DNA of 64,000 nucleotides from Alphaproteobacteria bacterium (GTDB lineage Bacteria; Pseudomonadota; Alphaproteobacteria; JBFXJJ01): NCBI GenBank assembly GCA_050175015.1, contig JBFXJJ010000007.1, positions 10,513 to 74,512 of the forward strand, read 5' to 3'. Shown piece by piece: positions 55,599 to 64,000 of this stretch (position 1 is its first letter; each line of letters starts with the position of its first letter). The notes under the pieces were generated by a model. It saw only the letters and a program-made list of their open reading frames with translations, ran no database searches and was not told where the DNA came from. The position numbers and the translations under genes were made by a program.

Positions 55599-56129
55599 AT
55601 GGATATAAGAATGATACCTGTCGGAAGGAAACCTCCTGAAGACATTAATGCTGTTATTGAAATACCGATGAATAGCGATCCGATTAAATACGAACTTAGT
55701 AAAAAATCGAGCGCTATGTTTGTTGACAGGTTTTTGCATACCCCAATGCGATATCCTGATAATTATGGCTTTATTCCTAACACCCTGTCTGAAGACGGCG
55801 ATCCTATCGACGTTATCGTTATGACAAGAATACCTGTGGCGGTTGGTTCTGTTATCAGATCTTGTCCTGTCGGCGTTTTTCTTATGGAAGATGAAAAAGG
55901 TCGAGACGAGAAGATTATAACTGTGCCTCATCCTTCATTAAATCCTTATTATAAAGATATAAAAAGTTATACTGAGCTTCCAGAAATGGACATTCAGAAA
56001 ATTGAAAACTTTTTTAGCCATTATAAGGACTTAGAAAAAGGTAAATGGGTTAATGTTCTTGGCTGGCAAGATGCTGAAGCTGCTAAGAAATTAATTCTTG
56101 AGGGTATAGAAAGAGCTCGAGAACTTTAG
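55599..56129 (+). CDS. ppa: Inorganic pyrophosphatase (family I)
   Basis: KYE, VDRFL, YPDNYGFIP, DGDPIDV, DEKII, FFSHYKDLEKGKW; GGAG RBS. Confidence 0.96.
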   Translation: MDIRMIPVGRKPPEDINAVIEIPMNSDPIKYELSKKSSAMFVDRFLHTPMRYPDNYGFIPNTLSEDGDPIDVIVMTRIPVAVGSVIRSCPVGVFLMEDEKGRDEKIITVPHPSLNPYYKDIKSYTELPEMDIQKIENFFSHYKDLEKGKWVNVLGWQDAEAAKKLILEGIERAREL

Positions 56130-56255
56130 TGCAAAGTTTTCTGCTGTAAGTTTTTTAGAGTATTTTGCATTTAATTGTGTTTATTTGGGTGATGTAAAAA
56201 CTTACCTAAAGGAAAAATAAAAAAGTACAACTAAGCGCAAAATATTTTTAAAGAA

Positions 56256-57668
56256 TTATTCTTTCGTGATTATAGGAAAAAATAAATTAAAACAGGTGCC
56301 ATCTTGTTCGCTGCTGGTAATTTTCATAATGCCTTTATGATGATTTACTATTTGGCGGACAATGGATAATCCTAATCCTGTTCCTTTAATTTTCTGACTG
56401 GAATCGATACGGTAAAACCTTTCGGTTAATCGGGAGAGATGTTTTTCTGGAATTATGGAACCAAAATTAGTAACCGAGGCGGATAAGATTTTTTTGCAGT
56501 TTTGAGAGTGGGGGAAGATTTCGTCATCGTTGTTTAAAATCTCGGTTTTAATAATAACTTCAGTTTTTTCTCCCCCATATTTGATAGCATTATCAACTAA
56601 GTTTTGAAAAACTTGCTTCAGCTCAAATTCATCACCTTTTATTGGTTCAATATGATCTTTATTCCAAGAGATAGTAATATTGTGTTCCTGTGCTTTGATA
56701 GATAGATTTTCAATGGTCTTGGTTATGACGTCATATAGATTTACATCGTCATTGAGAGGTGTGTCAGCTTTCTGTTCAATGCGTGACAATGACAGCAAAT
56801 CTTCAATTAAAAGAGACATTCTTTTAATCTGTTCTTGAATAATGTCAAAGAATTTTTCTTGTGCTTCTTTGTCGTCTTTAGCTGCGCCAAGTATTGTTTC
56901 AACGAACCCAGAAATAATAGAAAGAGGAGTCCTTAGTTCGTGGCTGGCATTGGCAATAAAGTCTGCTTGCATTTTTTCAAGACGTTTAAATTCGGTCATA
57001 TCATAAAAAGAAATAACGGCAATCGCTCCTGTTGTTGAAACCCAAGGCAGAGGCTTGATTCTTGAAACAAAGCTTTTGTTCCACGGCTTTTTTATTTTGA
57101 ATTCAACATCTTCTTGTTTTGACTGATTGTTTACAACGCAGTTTAACTTTTCTAAAAGATTTTCATTATTAAAAATACGTTCTATCTGCTGTTCTCTTAT
57201 GTTGTGTCCGAAAATATCTCTGGCAGCTAGATTGGCACCTGTTATTTTAAGGTCTTTGTCGATCATAATAAGAGGGTCAGGAAGGCTGTCTAAAACAGCG
57301 GCATCAGTTATTGTCTGAGCTTCTAGTTTCTGGCTGGTAGAACTCCAAATATTATGCATTTCGTTAATAGCTTTAACAATTTCGGCGGCTTCTTCGGAGT
57401 CTTTAAGTGTTAGGTCTTGAGTTGTGGTTAAATCACCCTTGGTAAGGTTTTTGGTATATTCAGCAAGTGTTTGTAAATCCATAAAAAACGGCAGGGTAAT
57501 CACAATGGATAGTAACAAAGCAGAAGCAAAACTTACAATCGCAACACTAATATCTAATTCGCCTAGAGCGGTTAGAATAAATAAAATTCCAGCAGTTGGC
57601 AGATTAATAGAAATTAATCGATCAAAAAACTTTTTAGGAGCAGTTTCGGCAATAATGTTTTTGCGCAT
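56256..57668 (-). CDS. phoR: Sensor histidine kinase, PhoR-like (TM-HAMP-PAS-HisKA-HATPase)
   Basis: H-box DFIANASHELRTPL, N-box QVFQNLVDNAIKY, LTERFYRID, GTGLGLSIV; PAS LDSLPDP. Confidence 0.75.
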   Translation of the reverse strand: MRKNIIAETAPKKFFDRLISINLPTAGILFILTALGELDISVAIVSFASALLLSIVITLPFFMDLQTLAEYTKNLTKGDLTTTQDLTLKDSEEAAEIVKAINEMHNIWSSTSQKLEAQTITDAAVLDSLPDPLIMIDKDLKITGANLAARDIFGHNIREQQIERIFNNENLLEKLNCVVNNQSKQEDVEFKIKKPWNKSFVSRIKPLPWVSTTGAIAVISFYDMTEFKRLEKMQADFIANASHELRTPLSIISGFVETILGAAKDDKEAQEKFFDIIQEQIKRMSLLIEDLLSLSRIEQKADTPLNDDVNLYDVITKTIENLSIKAQEHNITISWNKDHIEPIKGDEFELKQVFQNLVDNAIKYGGEKTEVIIKTEILNNDDEIFPHSQNCKKILSASVTNFGSIIPEKHLSRLTERFYRIDSSQKIKGTGLGLSIVRQIVNHHKGIMKITSSEQDGTCFNLFFPIITKE

Positions 57669-57738
57669 AACAACAAAATACCTTAAATTGTAAAAAAAGA
57701 AGTATTATATAATAAGTTTTTATTTTTGTAATGGTTTA

Positions 57739-60480
57739 TTGATGGAACAGGAAACAAGTTTAGACCTAGAAAAAGCAACGCCAATGATGGCGCAGTATTT
57801 GCAAATAAAACAGGAAAATGAAGGCTGTCTTTTATTTTACCGTATGGGCGATTTTTATGAGCTGTTTTTTGATGATGCCGTAAAAGCATCAAAAGCTCTT
57901 GATATTACACTAACAAAAAGAGGAAAGCACAATGGGGAAGATATTCCAATGTGCGGAGTTCCTGTCCATTCTCACGAAAGCTATCTAGCAAGGCTAATTA
58001 AAAAAGGGTTTAAAGTTGCGGTTTGTGAACAATTAGAGGATCCTGCGGAAGCTAAGAAAAGAGGCTATAAGGCAGTTGTAAAAAGAGATGTTGTTCGCCT
58101 TATTACTTCGGGAACAATTACGGAAGATACGCTGCTTGATGTCCGCAGAAACAACTATCTAGCGTGTGTAGCAGTTGGCAGAGATGCGATGGCTATATCG
58201 TGGGTTGATGTTTCAACAGGAGATTTTTTTACTCAGGAAATTATTGGCAGCAGCAAAGAAAAGAAAATAGGATTGGCATCAATCCTTTCAAGACTGGAAG
58301 CGAATGAAATTCTTGTTTGTGAAAGCGTTGTGGCAAAAGATGCTGAATTTGCAGGGGTTTTTGAAGATTATAAAGATGTTTTAAGCCTGCTTCCGCCTTC
58401 AAGATATAACGCTGAAAACGCAAGAAAAAGATTGGAGCAGTTTTTTAAGGTTCAAACTTTAGATGCTTTTGGCGGTTTTTCCAAGGCAGAGACAACGGCG
58501 GGCGGCGTTTTAATCGATTACATTGATATTACACAAAAAGGTAAAATGCCAAGGCTTAATAAGCCATTTAAAATAGGTCGGAATGAGTTTATGGAAATTG
58601 ATGGTGCGACTAGAAGAAATTTAGAACTTTCTTCTAGTTTATCATCAAAGGGAGAAAGCCTTTTGTCGGTAATAGATAAAACGGTAACAGGCGCGGGCGC
58701 AAGACTCCTTGCTAAATATGTTGCGGAGCCTTTGACTAATCCATCTCGTATCAATCATCGTTTAGACTTAGTAGAGTTTTTTATTAATGCTTCAGAGGCA
58801 AGAAAGACTTTAAGAACAATTTTTATGAAATGTCCTGATATTGAAAGGGCGGTTTCTAGAATTTCATTAGACAGAGGCAGTCCAAGAGACTTGGCGGCAA
58901 TTCGTGATACCTTGCAGAAGGTTCCAGAAATAAAAGCGATTATTAATAAGGCGGAAAACGAAAACGAATTTTTAAATCCTTATGAAGAAATCACAAGAGA
59001 TTTAGGCTTTTATGATGATTTAAGCGGGATTTTAGATAGGGCTCTTGCAGAAGATCTGCCGCTTTATGCTCGTGATGGCGGCTTTATAGCTAAAGGATAT
59101 TCTAGGGATTTAGACGATCTTAAGGTGCTTAGAGACGAAAGCCGTGTCTTGATTGCTGATTTGCAAACAAAATATATTTCTGAAACAGGGGTTACAACTC
59201 TCAAAGTAAAATATAATAAAATTGTGGGATACTATGTTGAAGTTCCAAGCAAGCAATCTCAGAAGTTAATAGATACCAAAGAGAGGAATGACGGAGGAAC
59301 AGTGTTTCTGCATCGTCAGACTTTGGTTGGAAATATGAGATTTTCTACAATAGAATTATCGGGTTTAGAAGATAAAATCAGAGCGGCTGCGGAAAAAGCT
59401 TTGGCATTAGAACTCCAGCTTTTTGAAAATCTAATTAAAGACGTTCTGCTTCATTCAGATGAATTAGCAAAGACAGCCGCCTCCATAGCTGCGATTGATG
59501 TTGCCGCATCTTTGGCAGAGCTGGCATCTAATATGGGATATGCAAGACCTGTTGTTGACGATAGTCTTGATTTTGAAATTGTTAAGGGGCGCCACCCTGT
59601 AGTTGAAAAAGTTCTTTATGACAGCAACTTAAGCGGTTTTATCGCTAATGATTGTGTTTTAAATAAAAATGATTCTGGGCGGATATGGCTGCTTACAGGA
59701 CCTAATATGGCAGGTAAAAGTACTTTTTTGAGGCAGAATGCTTTAATAGCTGTTATGGCTCAAATAGGTTCGTTTGTTCCCGCAGAGAAGGCTAAAATAG
59801 GCGTTATTAATAAGCTTTTTAGTCGTGTTGGCGCATCTGATGACTTGGCTAGAGGGCGTTCAACTTTTATGGTTGAAATGGTTGAAACCGCAGCAATTTT
59901 AAACCAAGCCGATGAGCGTTCGTTTGTTATTCTTGATGAAATAGGAAGAGGGACGGCAACTTTTGATGGACTTTCTATTGCTTGGGCGGTGATTGAGCAT
60001 CTTCACGACATCAATCAATCAAGAGCTCTTTTTGCGACACACTACCACGAACTGACTAATTTATCTGAAAGACTTTCTAACATTGCGCTTAGAACAATGA
60101 AGGTTAAGGAGTGGCAAGGCAGTATTATTTTTATGCACGAAGTTGTTTCTGGGACGGCGGATAGATCCTACGGAATTCACGTTGCCAAAATTGCCGGACT
60201 GCCGTTGGAAGTAATTAAACGTTCGCAAGAAGTTTTAACGCTTTTAGAAAGCAGAGATTATGGAACTATGGCATCGGTTGCGGCTGATGTTCTGCCTCTT
60301 TTTGCTTCGGCTAAGATTAGAAACTTAAAAACAGAAGAACTGCCCATTAAGACCGAAGTTAAAACAGAAAAATCAGAATTTGAAAAAGAATTTATAAAAA
60401 TCAATCCCGATGACTTAACGCCAAGACAGGCTTTGGAAGAGTTTTACCGTTTAAAAAAACTGGTTTTAAATGATGAATAA
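57739..60480 (+). CDS. mutS: DNA mismatch repair protein MutS
   Basis: TPMMAQY, FYRMGDFYELF, GRHPVVE, TGPNMAGKSTFLRQ, STFMVEM, DEIGRGT, FATHYHEL. Confidence 0.98.
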   Translation: MMEQETSLDLEKATPMMAQYLQIKQENEGCLLFYRMGDFYELFFDDAVKASKALDITLTKRGKHNGEDIPMCGVPVHSHESYLARLIKKGFKVAVCEQLEDPAEAKKRGYKAVVKRDVVRLITSGTITEDTLLDVRRNNYLACVAVGRDAMAISWVDVSTGDFFTQEIIGSSKEKKIGLASILSRLEANEILVCESVVAKDAEFAGVFEDYKDVLSLLPPSRYNAENARKRLEQFFKVQTLDAFGGFSKAETTAGGVLIDYIDITQKGKMPRLNKPFKIGRNEFMEIDGATRRNLELSSSLSSKGESLLSVIDKTVTGAGARLLAKYVAEPLTNPSRINHRLDLVEFFINASEARKTLRTIFMKCPDIERAVSRISLDRGSPRDLAAIRDTLQKVPEIKAIINKAENENEFLNPYEEITRDLGFYDDLSGILDRALAEDLPLYARDGGFIAKGYSRDLDDLKVLRDESRVLIADLQTKYISETGVTTLKVKYNKIVGYYVEVPSKQSQKLIDTKERNDGGTVFLHRQTLVGNMRFSTIELSGLEDKIRAAAEKALALELQLFENLIKDVLLHSDELAKTAASIAAIDVAASLAELASNMGYARPVVDDSLDFEIVKGRHPVVEKVLYDSNLSGFIANDCVLNKNDSGRIWLLTGPNMAGKSTFLRQNALIAVMAQIGSFVPAEKAKIGVINKLFSRVGASDDLARGRSTFMVEMVETAAILNQADERSFVILDEIGRGTATFDGLSIAWAVIEHLHDINQSRALFATHYHELTNLSERLSNIALRTMKVKEWQGSIIFMHEVVSGTADRSYGIHVAKIAGLPLEVIKRSQEVLTLLESRDYGTMASVAADVLPLFASAKIRNLKTEELPIKTEVKTEKSEFEKEFIKINPDDLTPRQALEEFYRLKKLVLNDE

Positions 60481-63172
60481 TATAAAAGACACTTGGCTGC
60501 AAATCTGGCAGGAAGAAATCCCAGAATCGGCTAAAAAAGCTCAAATAGTTTCAACGATTAAGGACGAATTAAAAAGTCATCACGGGAAAAACTTAGAAGG
60601 ACTTGAAACCAAAAGAATTAATGGGATTGATGCTGTCAGGCTTAACAGCGAAATCGTTGATAATGTTATAACCAGCCTTTTTGATTTTGCCGTTTTAAAT
60701 GTCTTTAAAGAATATCAAAGCTTAGAACCGATGGCTGTTATGGCTGTAGGAGGATATGGCAGAAGAGAACTTGCGCCTTTTTCTGATATTGATATTTTGT
60801 TTCTGCTTCCTGACAGCCACAACGAAGTTCACGAACAACTTGCAATGTTTGTTTTGTATATTCTGTGGGACTGTGGTTTTAAGATAGGGCATTCTTTCCG
60901 CAGTATTGCCGAAAGTGTGGTTGATGCGAAACAAGATATGGTTTTCCGCACGAATCTTTTAGAAAACCGTCTTGTTATCGGGAATGAAAGCCTTTTTGAT
61001 AATATCAATCAGGAATATAAAGCAAAGATTATTGAGGGGACGCAAGCCCAGTTTATTAAAGCTAAGTTAGAAGAAAGAGAAAACAGGCTTAAAAAGACAG
61101 GATACTCACGCTATCTATTAGAACCAGATATTAAAGATGGGCAAGGAGCTTTGCGTGATTTGCACCTGATTTTCTGGCTTACGAAATATGTTTTCGGCAT
61201 TACAGAAATCTTGGAACTTGTTGAAAAAAAAGTTATGTCAGAAGCTATGGTTGCGATGTTTATTAAAGCGCATATCTTTTTATCAGAAATAAGATGTTTT
61301 CTGCACTATTACACTAAAAGACCCGATAATCGGCTCAATTTTGATATGCAACAAAAGATTGCGGAGGCTATGGGCTTTAAAAGCGGGAAAAACGCATCTG
61401 ATGTTGAAAAGTTTATGAAAGCTTATTATCTCCATACCAAAGTAATAGGAGATTTAACTAAGGTTGTCTGTTTAAATTTTGAAGAAAAAAATTCTAACAT
61501 ATCTGAGGTTAAAACAATTTCAGGTTTTATCCTTAGCAATAATAAGCTCGATTTTGATGTCAATGAAGATTTAGCTAGTAATCCGCTTAGAATTTTTGAA
61601 ATTTTTTATATCGCCCATAATCAAGAATATAAAATAAGCCCTAGAGCGTTTCAAAAAATAACCGAAAACTTGAATTTAGTTTATACCCTTCAGCAAGATG
61701 AACAGGCTAATAAATGTTTTTTGGATATTCTTACTTCTTCCAAAAATCCTGAAAAAATTATAAGAGCAATGAGTGATGTCGGCGTTTTGGGAAGATTTAT
61801 GCTGGATTTTGCTAGAATTATTGCGCAGATGCAGTTTGATATGTACCACATTTATACTACCGATGAACATACAATAAGAGCGCTCGGTATTTTAAATAAT
61901 ATTGTATATGGACGTATTGTTTTTGATTCAGGAAAAAGTGAAGACAGCTTAAAAAATGTTAGAGAAATTGCTCAAAAAGTGCATTTAAGAAAGTCGCTTA
62001 GTGTCGCGATGTTTCTTCACGATATTGCCAAAGGCAGGGGCGGAGACCATTCTGAGATGGGAGCCAAAATAGCTCAAAAATTAGCTCCACGTTTAGGATT
62101 GAGCGAAAGTGATACAGAAAATGTTTCTTGGCTTATACTTTATCATCAATTAATGAGTAAAACCGCCTTTCAGCGTGATATTTTTGATGAGAAGACCATT
62201 GCAGATTTCGTTGCTATCGTGAAATCACCAGAAAGGCTAAGACAGCTTTATGTTTTAACTTGTGCCGATATTATTGCGGTTGGCCCTGATATTTGGACAT
62301 CTTGGAAAGCCCAGCTTCTCGCCGAACTTTATAAAAGAGCTGAGGAATATATTCAAGGGGCAGCATCATTAGAATTTGAAGATAAAAGAGTTGCCGCAGT
62401 TAAGAATTCGCTTGCTCAAAAACTGGAAGATATTTGGGGCCATGATTATGTTACCAAATATTTATCTAATGCCTATCCTTCATATTGGCTGGGGTATGAT
62501 GAAGCCGAACTTATACGTCATGCCGAACTTATCAAGCAGACCGAAGAAAGCAAAAATTGGTTAGGGATAGCTTTTGCGAATAACAAGAAACGTAACTTGA
62601 TTGATGTTATTGTTTATACCGCAGATAGAAAAGGTTTGTTTTCAAAAATTGCAGGAGCGCTTTCAGTTTCGGGATTTTCGATTGTTGGCGCTAAGATTAT
62701 GACTTTGGCAAACGGTATGGTCTTAGACAGTTTTTCGATTGAAGATTTGTTTGTTTATGATGCTAGTGTTCAGATTTTAGAAGAAAGCAAACAAGAAAAG
62801 ATAAAAGCAAATATTGCCAAAGCCATCAATGATGAATTTAATATTGAAAGCGAGATTAAAACTAAGTTTAAATCGCTCGCAAGCCAGAAAAAGACACTGC
62901 AAAAAGGATATAATGTTATTGTTGATAACAATGCATCTAAAACCAATACGGTGATTGAGGTGAATGCCGAAGATTGCTATGGCTTTTTGTATTATATAAC
63001 TCACGCCTTAACGGAGCTTGATTTGCAGATTTCATCGGCTCATATTTTTACCTATGGCGACAGGGTGGTCGACGTCTTTTACGTTAAAGATAAGTTTGGG
63101 CTTAAAATTGAACATAACTTGAGAATTAAGCAGATAGAAAACGTCTTAAACAAAGAGTTGTCTCAAATTTGA
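60470..63172 (+). CDS. glnD: [Protein-PII] uridylyltransferase/uridylyl-removing enzyme
   Basis: GGYGRRELAPFSDIDIL, LEPDIKDGQGALRD, HIYTTDEH...LHDIAKG (HD), two ACT domains (TDRKG-like, VVDVFYV). Confidence 0.95.
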   Translation: MMNNIKDTWLQIWQEEIPESAKKAQIVSTIKDELKSHHGKNLEGLETKRINGIDAVRLNSEIVDNVITSLFDFAVLNVFKEYQSLEPMAVMAVGGYGRRELAPFSDIDILFLLPDSHNEVHEQLAMFVLYILWDCGFKIGHSFRSIAESVVDAKQDMVFRTNLLENRLVIGNESLFDNINQEYKAKIIEGTQAQFIKAKLEERENRLKKTGYSRYLLEPDIKDGQGALRDLHLIFWLTKYVFGITEILELVEKKVMSEAMVAMFIKAHIFLSEIRCFLHYYTKRPDNRLNFDMQQKIAEAMGFKSGKNASDVEKFMKAYYLHTKVIGDLTKVVCLNFEEKNSNISEVKTISGFILSNNKLDFDVNEDLASNPLRIFEIFYIAHNQEYKISPRAFQKITENLNLVYTLQQDEQANKCFLDILTSSKNPEKIIRAMSDVGVLGRFMLDFARIIAQMQFDMYHIYTTDEHTIRALGILNNIVYGRIVFDSGKSEDSLKNVREIAQKVHLRKSLSVAMFLHDIAKGRGGDHSEMGAKIAQKLAPRLGLSESDTENVSWLILYHQLMSKTAFQRDIFDEKTIADFVAIVKSPERLRQLYVLTCADIIAVGPDIWTSWKAQLLAELYKRAEEYIQGAASLEFEDKRVAAVKNSLAQKLEDIWGHDYVTKYLSNAYPSYWLGYDEAELIRHAELIKQTEESKNWLGIAFANNKKRNLIDVIVYTADRKGLFSKIAGALSVSGFSIVGAKIMTLANGMVLDSFSIEDLFVYDASVQILEESKQEKIKANIAKAINDEFNIESEIKTKFKSLASQKKTLQKGYNVIVDNNASKTNTVIEVNAEDCYGFLYYITHALTELDLQISSAHIFTYGDRVVDVFYVKDKFGLKIEHNLRIKQIENVLNKELSQI

Positions 63173-64000
63173 GACTTTAGTTCTTTATTTTGGGCGCTTA
63201 GCTGACCGCAGGCGGCAAGAATGTCTTGTCCCCTTGAGACTCTGACAGGGCAAGCAAAGCCTGCGTCTTCTAAAATCGTTGTGAACGTTTTAATTTTTTT
63301 AGAACTGGAACATTCATATTTACAGCCAGGCCAAGGGTTAAAAGGAATTAGATTAAACTTAGCTCCGATATTATGCCCTTTTACCATACTAATAAGATTT
63401 TTAGCATCTTGAGTGCTGTCATTGACATCTTTGAGCATAACATATTCAAAGGTGATGCGCTGGCGGGTTCCTGCTATTTCTTGATATTCCTGACAGGCTT
63501 TCATCAGCTCTTCTAAGGGATATTTTTTATTAATAGGCATTATTTGATTACGAATTTCATTTGTTGAGGCGTGCAGGCTTACCGCTAGCTTAACTCCCAG
63601 TTCAGATGCGGCTTTTTTCATCATTGGGACTACACCGCAAGTTGACAATGTAATCCGCCTTTTAGAAATAGAGATGCCGTCTCCGTCCATAAGAATTTTT
63701 AAGGCCGTTGCCACATTGTCATAGTTAAACAAAGGTTCTCCCATGCCCATAACTACGACATTAGAAAGGTATCTAGTCTCTGAGGTAGGAGTCGGCCATT
63801 CGCCATAAATATCACGGGCAAGCATAAACTGAGAAACAATTTCATAAGCAGTTAAATCTCTTGTAAAGCCCTGTCTTCCGGTGTTGCAGAAAGCGCAGCC
63901 AGCTTTACAGCCAGCTTGCGTGGAAATGCACAAAGCCCCTCGGTCATCTTCTGGAATATAAACGGTTTCAATTTCAGTTTTATCATCAAAACGTAAGAGC
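63163..64000 (-). CDS. rlmN: Dual-specificity RNA methyltransferase RlmN (5'-truncated by the window edge)
   Basis: The frame continues past the track start to the edge (LLRFDDKTEIETVYIPEDDRGALCISTQ); CxxxCxxC (CKAGCAFC), MGMGEP, SLHA, FEYVML, AACGQL. Confidence 0.95.
   Translation of the reverse strand, partial: LLRFDDKTEIETVYIPEDDRGALCISTQAGCKAGCAFCNTGRQGFTRDLTAYEIVSQFMLARDIYGEWPTPTSETRYLSNVVVMGMGEPLFNYDNVATALKILMDGDGISISKRRITLSTCGVVPMMKKAASELGVKLAVSLHASTNEIRNQIMPINKKYPLEELMKACQEYQEIAGTRQRITFEYVMLKDVNDSTQDAKNLISMVKGHNIGAKFNLIPFNPWPGCKYECSSSKKIKTFTTILEDAGFACPVRVSRGQDILAACGQLSAQNKELKSQI

Noticed and set aside
55401-55931. 176-aa minus-strand ORF across ampG/ppa, and similar antisense ORFs inside the NRPS-PKS, ileS, 46-50 kb gene, typA, mutS and glnD
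   Set aside because: They are shadow frames of strongly supported genes with no recognisable motifs.
1-64000. CRISPR arrays, tRNA/rRNA genes, IS elements, integrases, prophage structural genes
   Set aside because: No regularly spaced repeats, cloverleaf-type sequences, terminal inverted repeats with a transposase, or phage hallmark motifs were found by eye; a weak signal could be missed without tools.

Overview
AT-rich bacterial window. The right third is most consistent with an alphaproteobacterial core chromosome (ileS, tandem PfkB kinases, typA-ampG-ppa, phoR, mutS-glnD, rlmN), inferred from gene content and synteny. The centre (17.3-41.3 kb) holds a compact, apparently complete hybrid NRPS-PKS cluster. 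It comprises a C*-A-PCP-PCP starter, a C-A-PCP-KS(no AT)-KR[DH inserted]-ACP protein, a TubC_N-C-A-PCP-KS-AT-ACP-TE protein, a PPTase and a SyrD/PvdE-type exporter. It is interrupted by an uncharacterised cassette: orphan ABC substrate-binding protein, 6-Cys protein, SPFH/prohibitin, 64-aa membrane protein and DUF697. The left 13.5 kb is an accessory patchwork. It includes a Cry6A/XaxA-like alpha-pore-forming toxin gene co-oriented with a >=770-codon toxin-like gene that the ORF track missed (it runs off the left edge). It also has a peptidoglycan-binding-repeat plus DUF2778/Tlde1-like gene broken by an in-frame TAA behind a long leader hairpin, a methyltransferase with a uORF-type attenuator leader, an MBOAT/SGNH O-acylation pair and two degenerate genes. 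I saw no tRNA, rRNA, CRISPR array, transposase or integrase. All family calls come from motif recognition by eye, not database searches.
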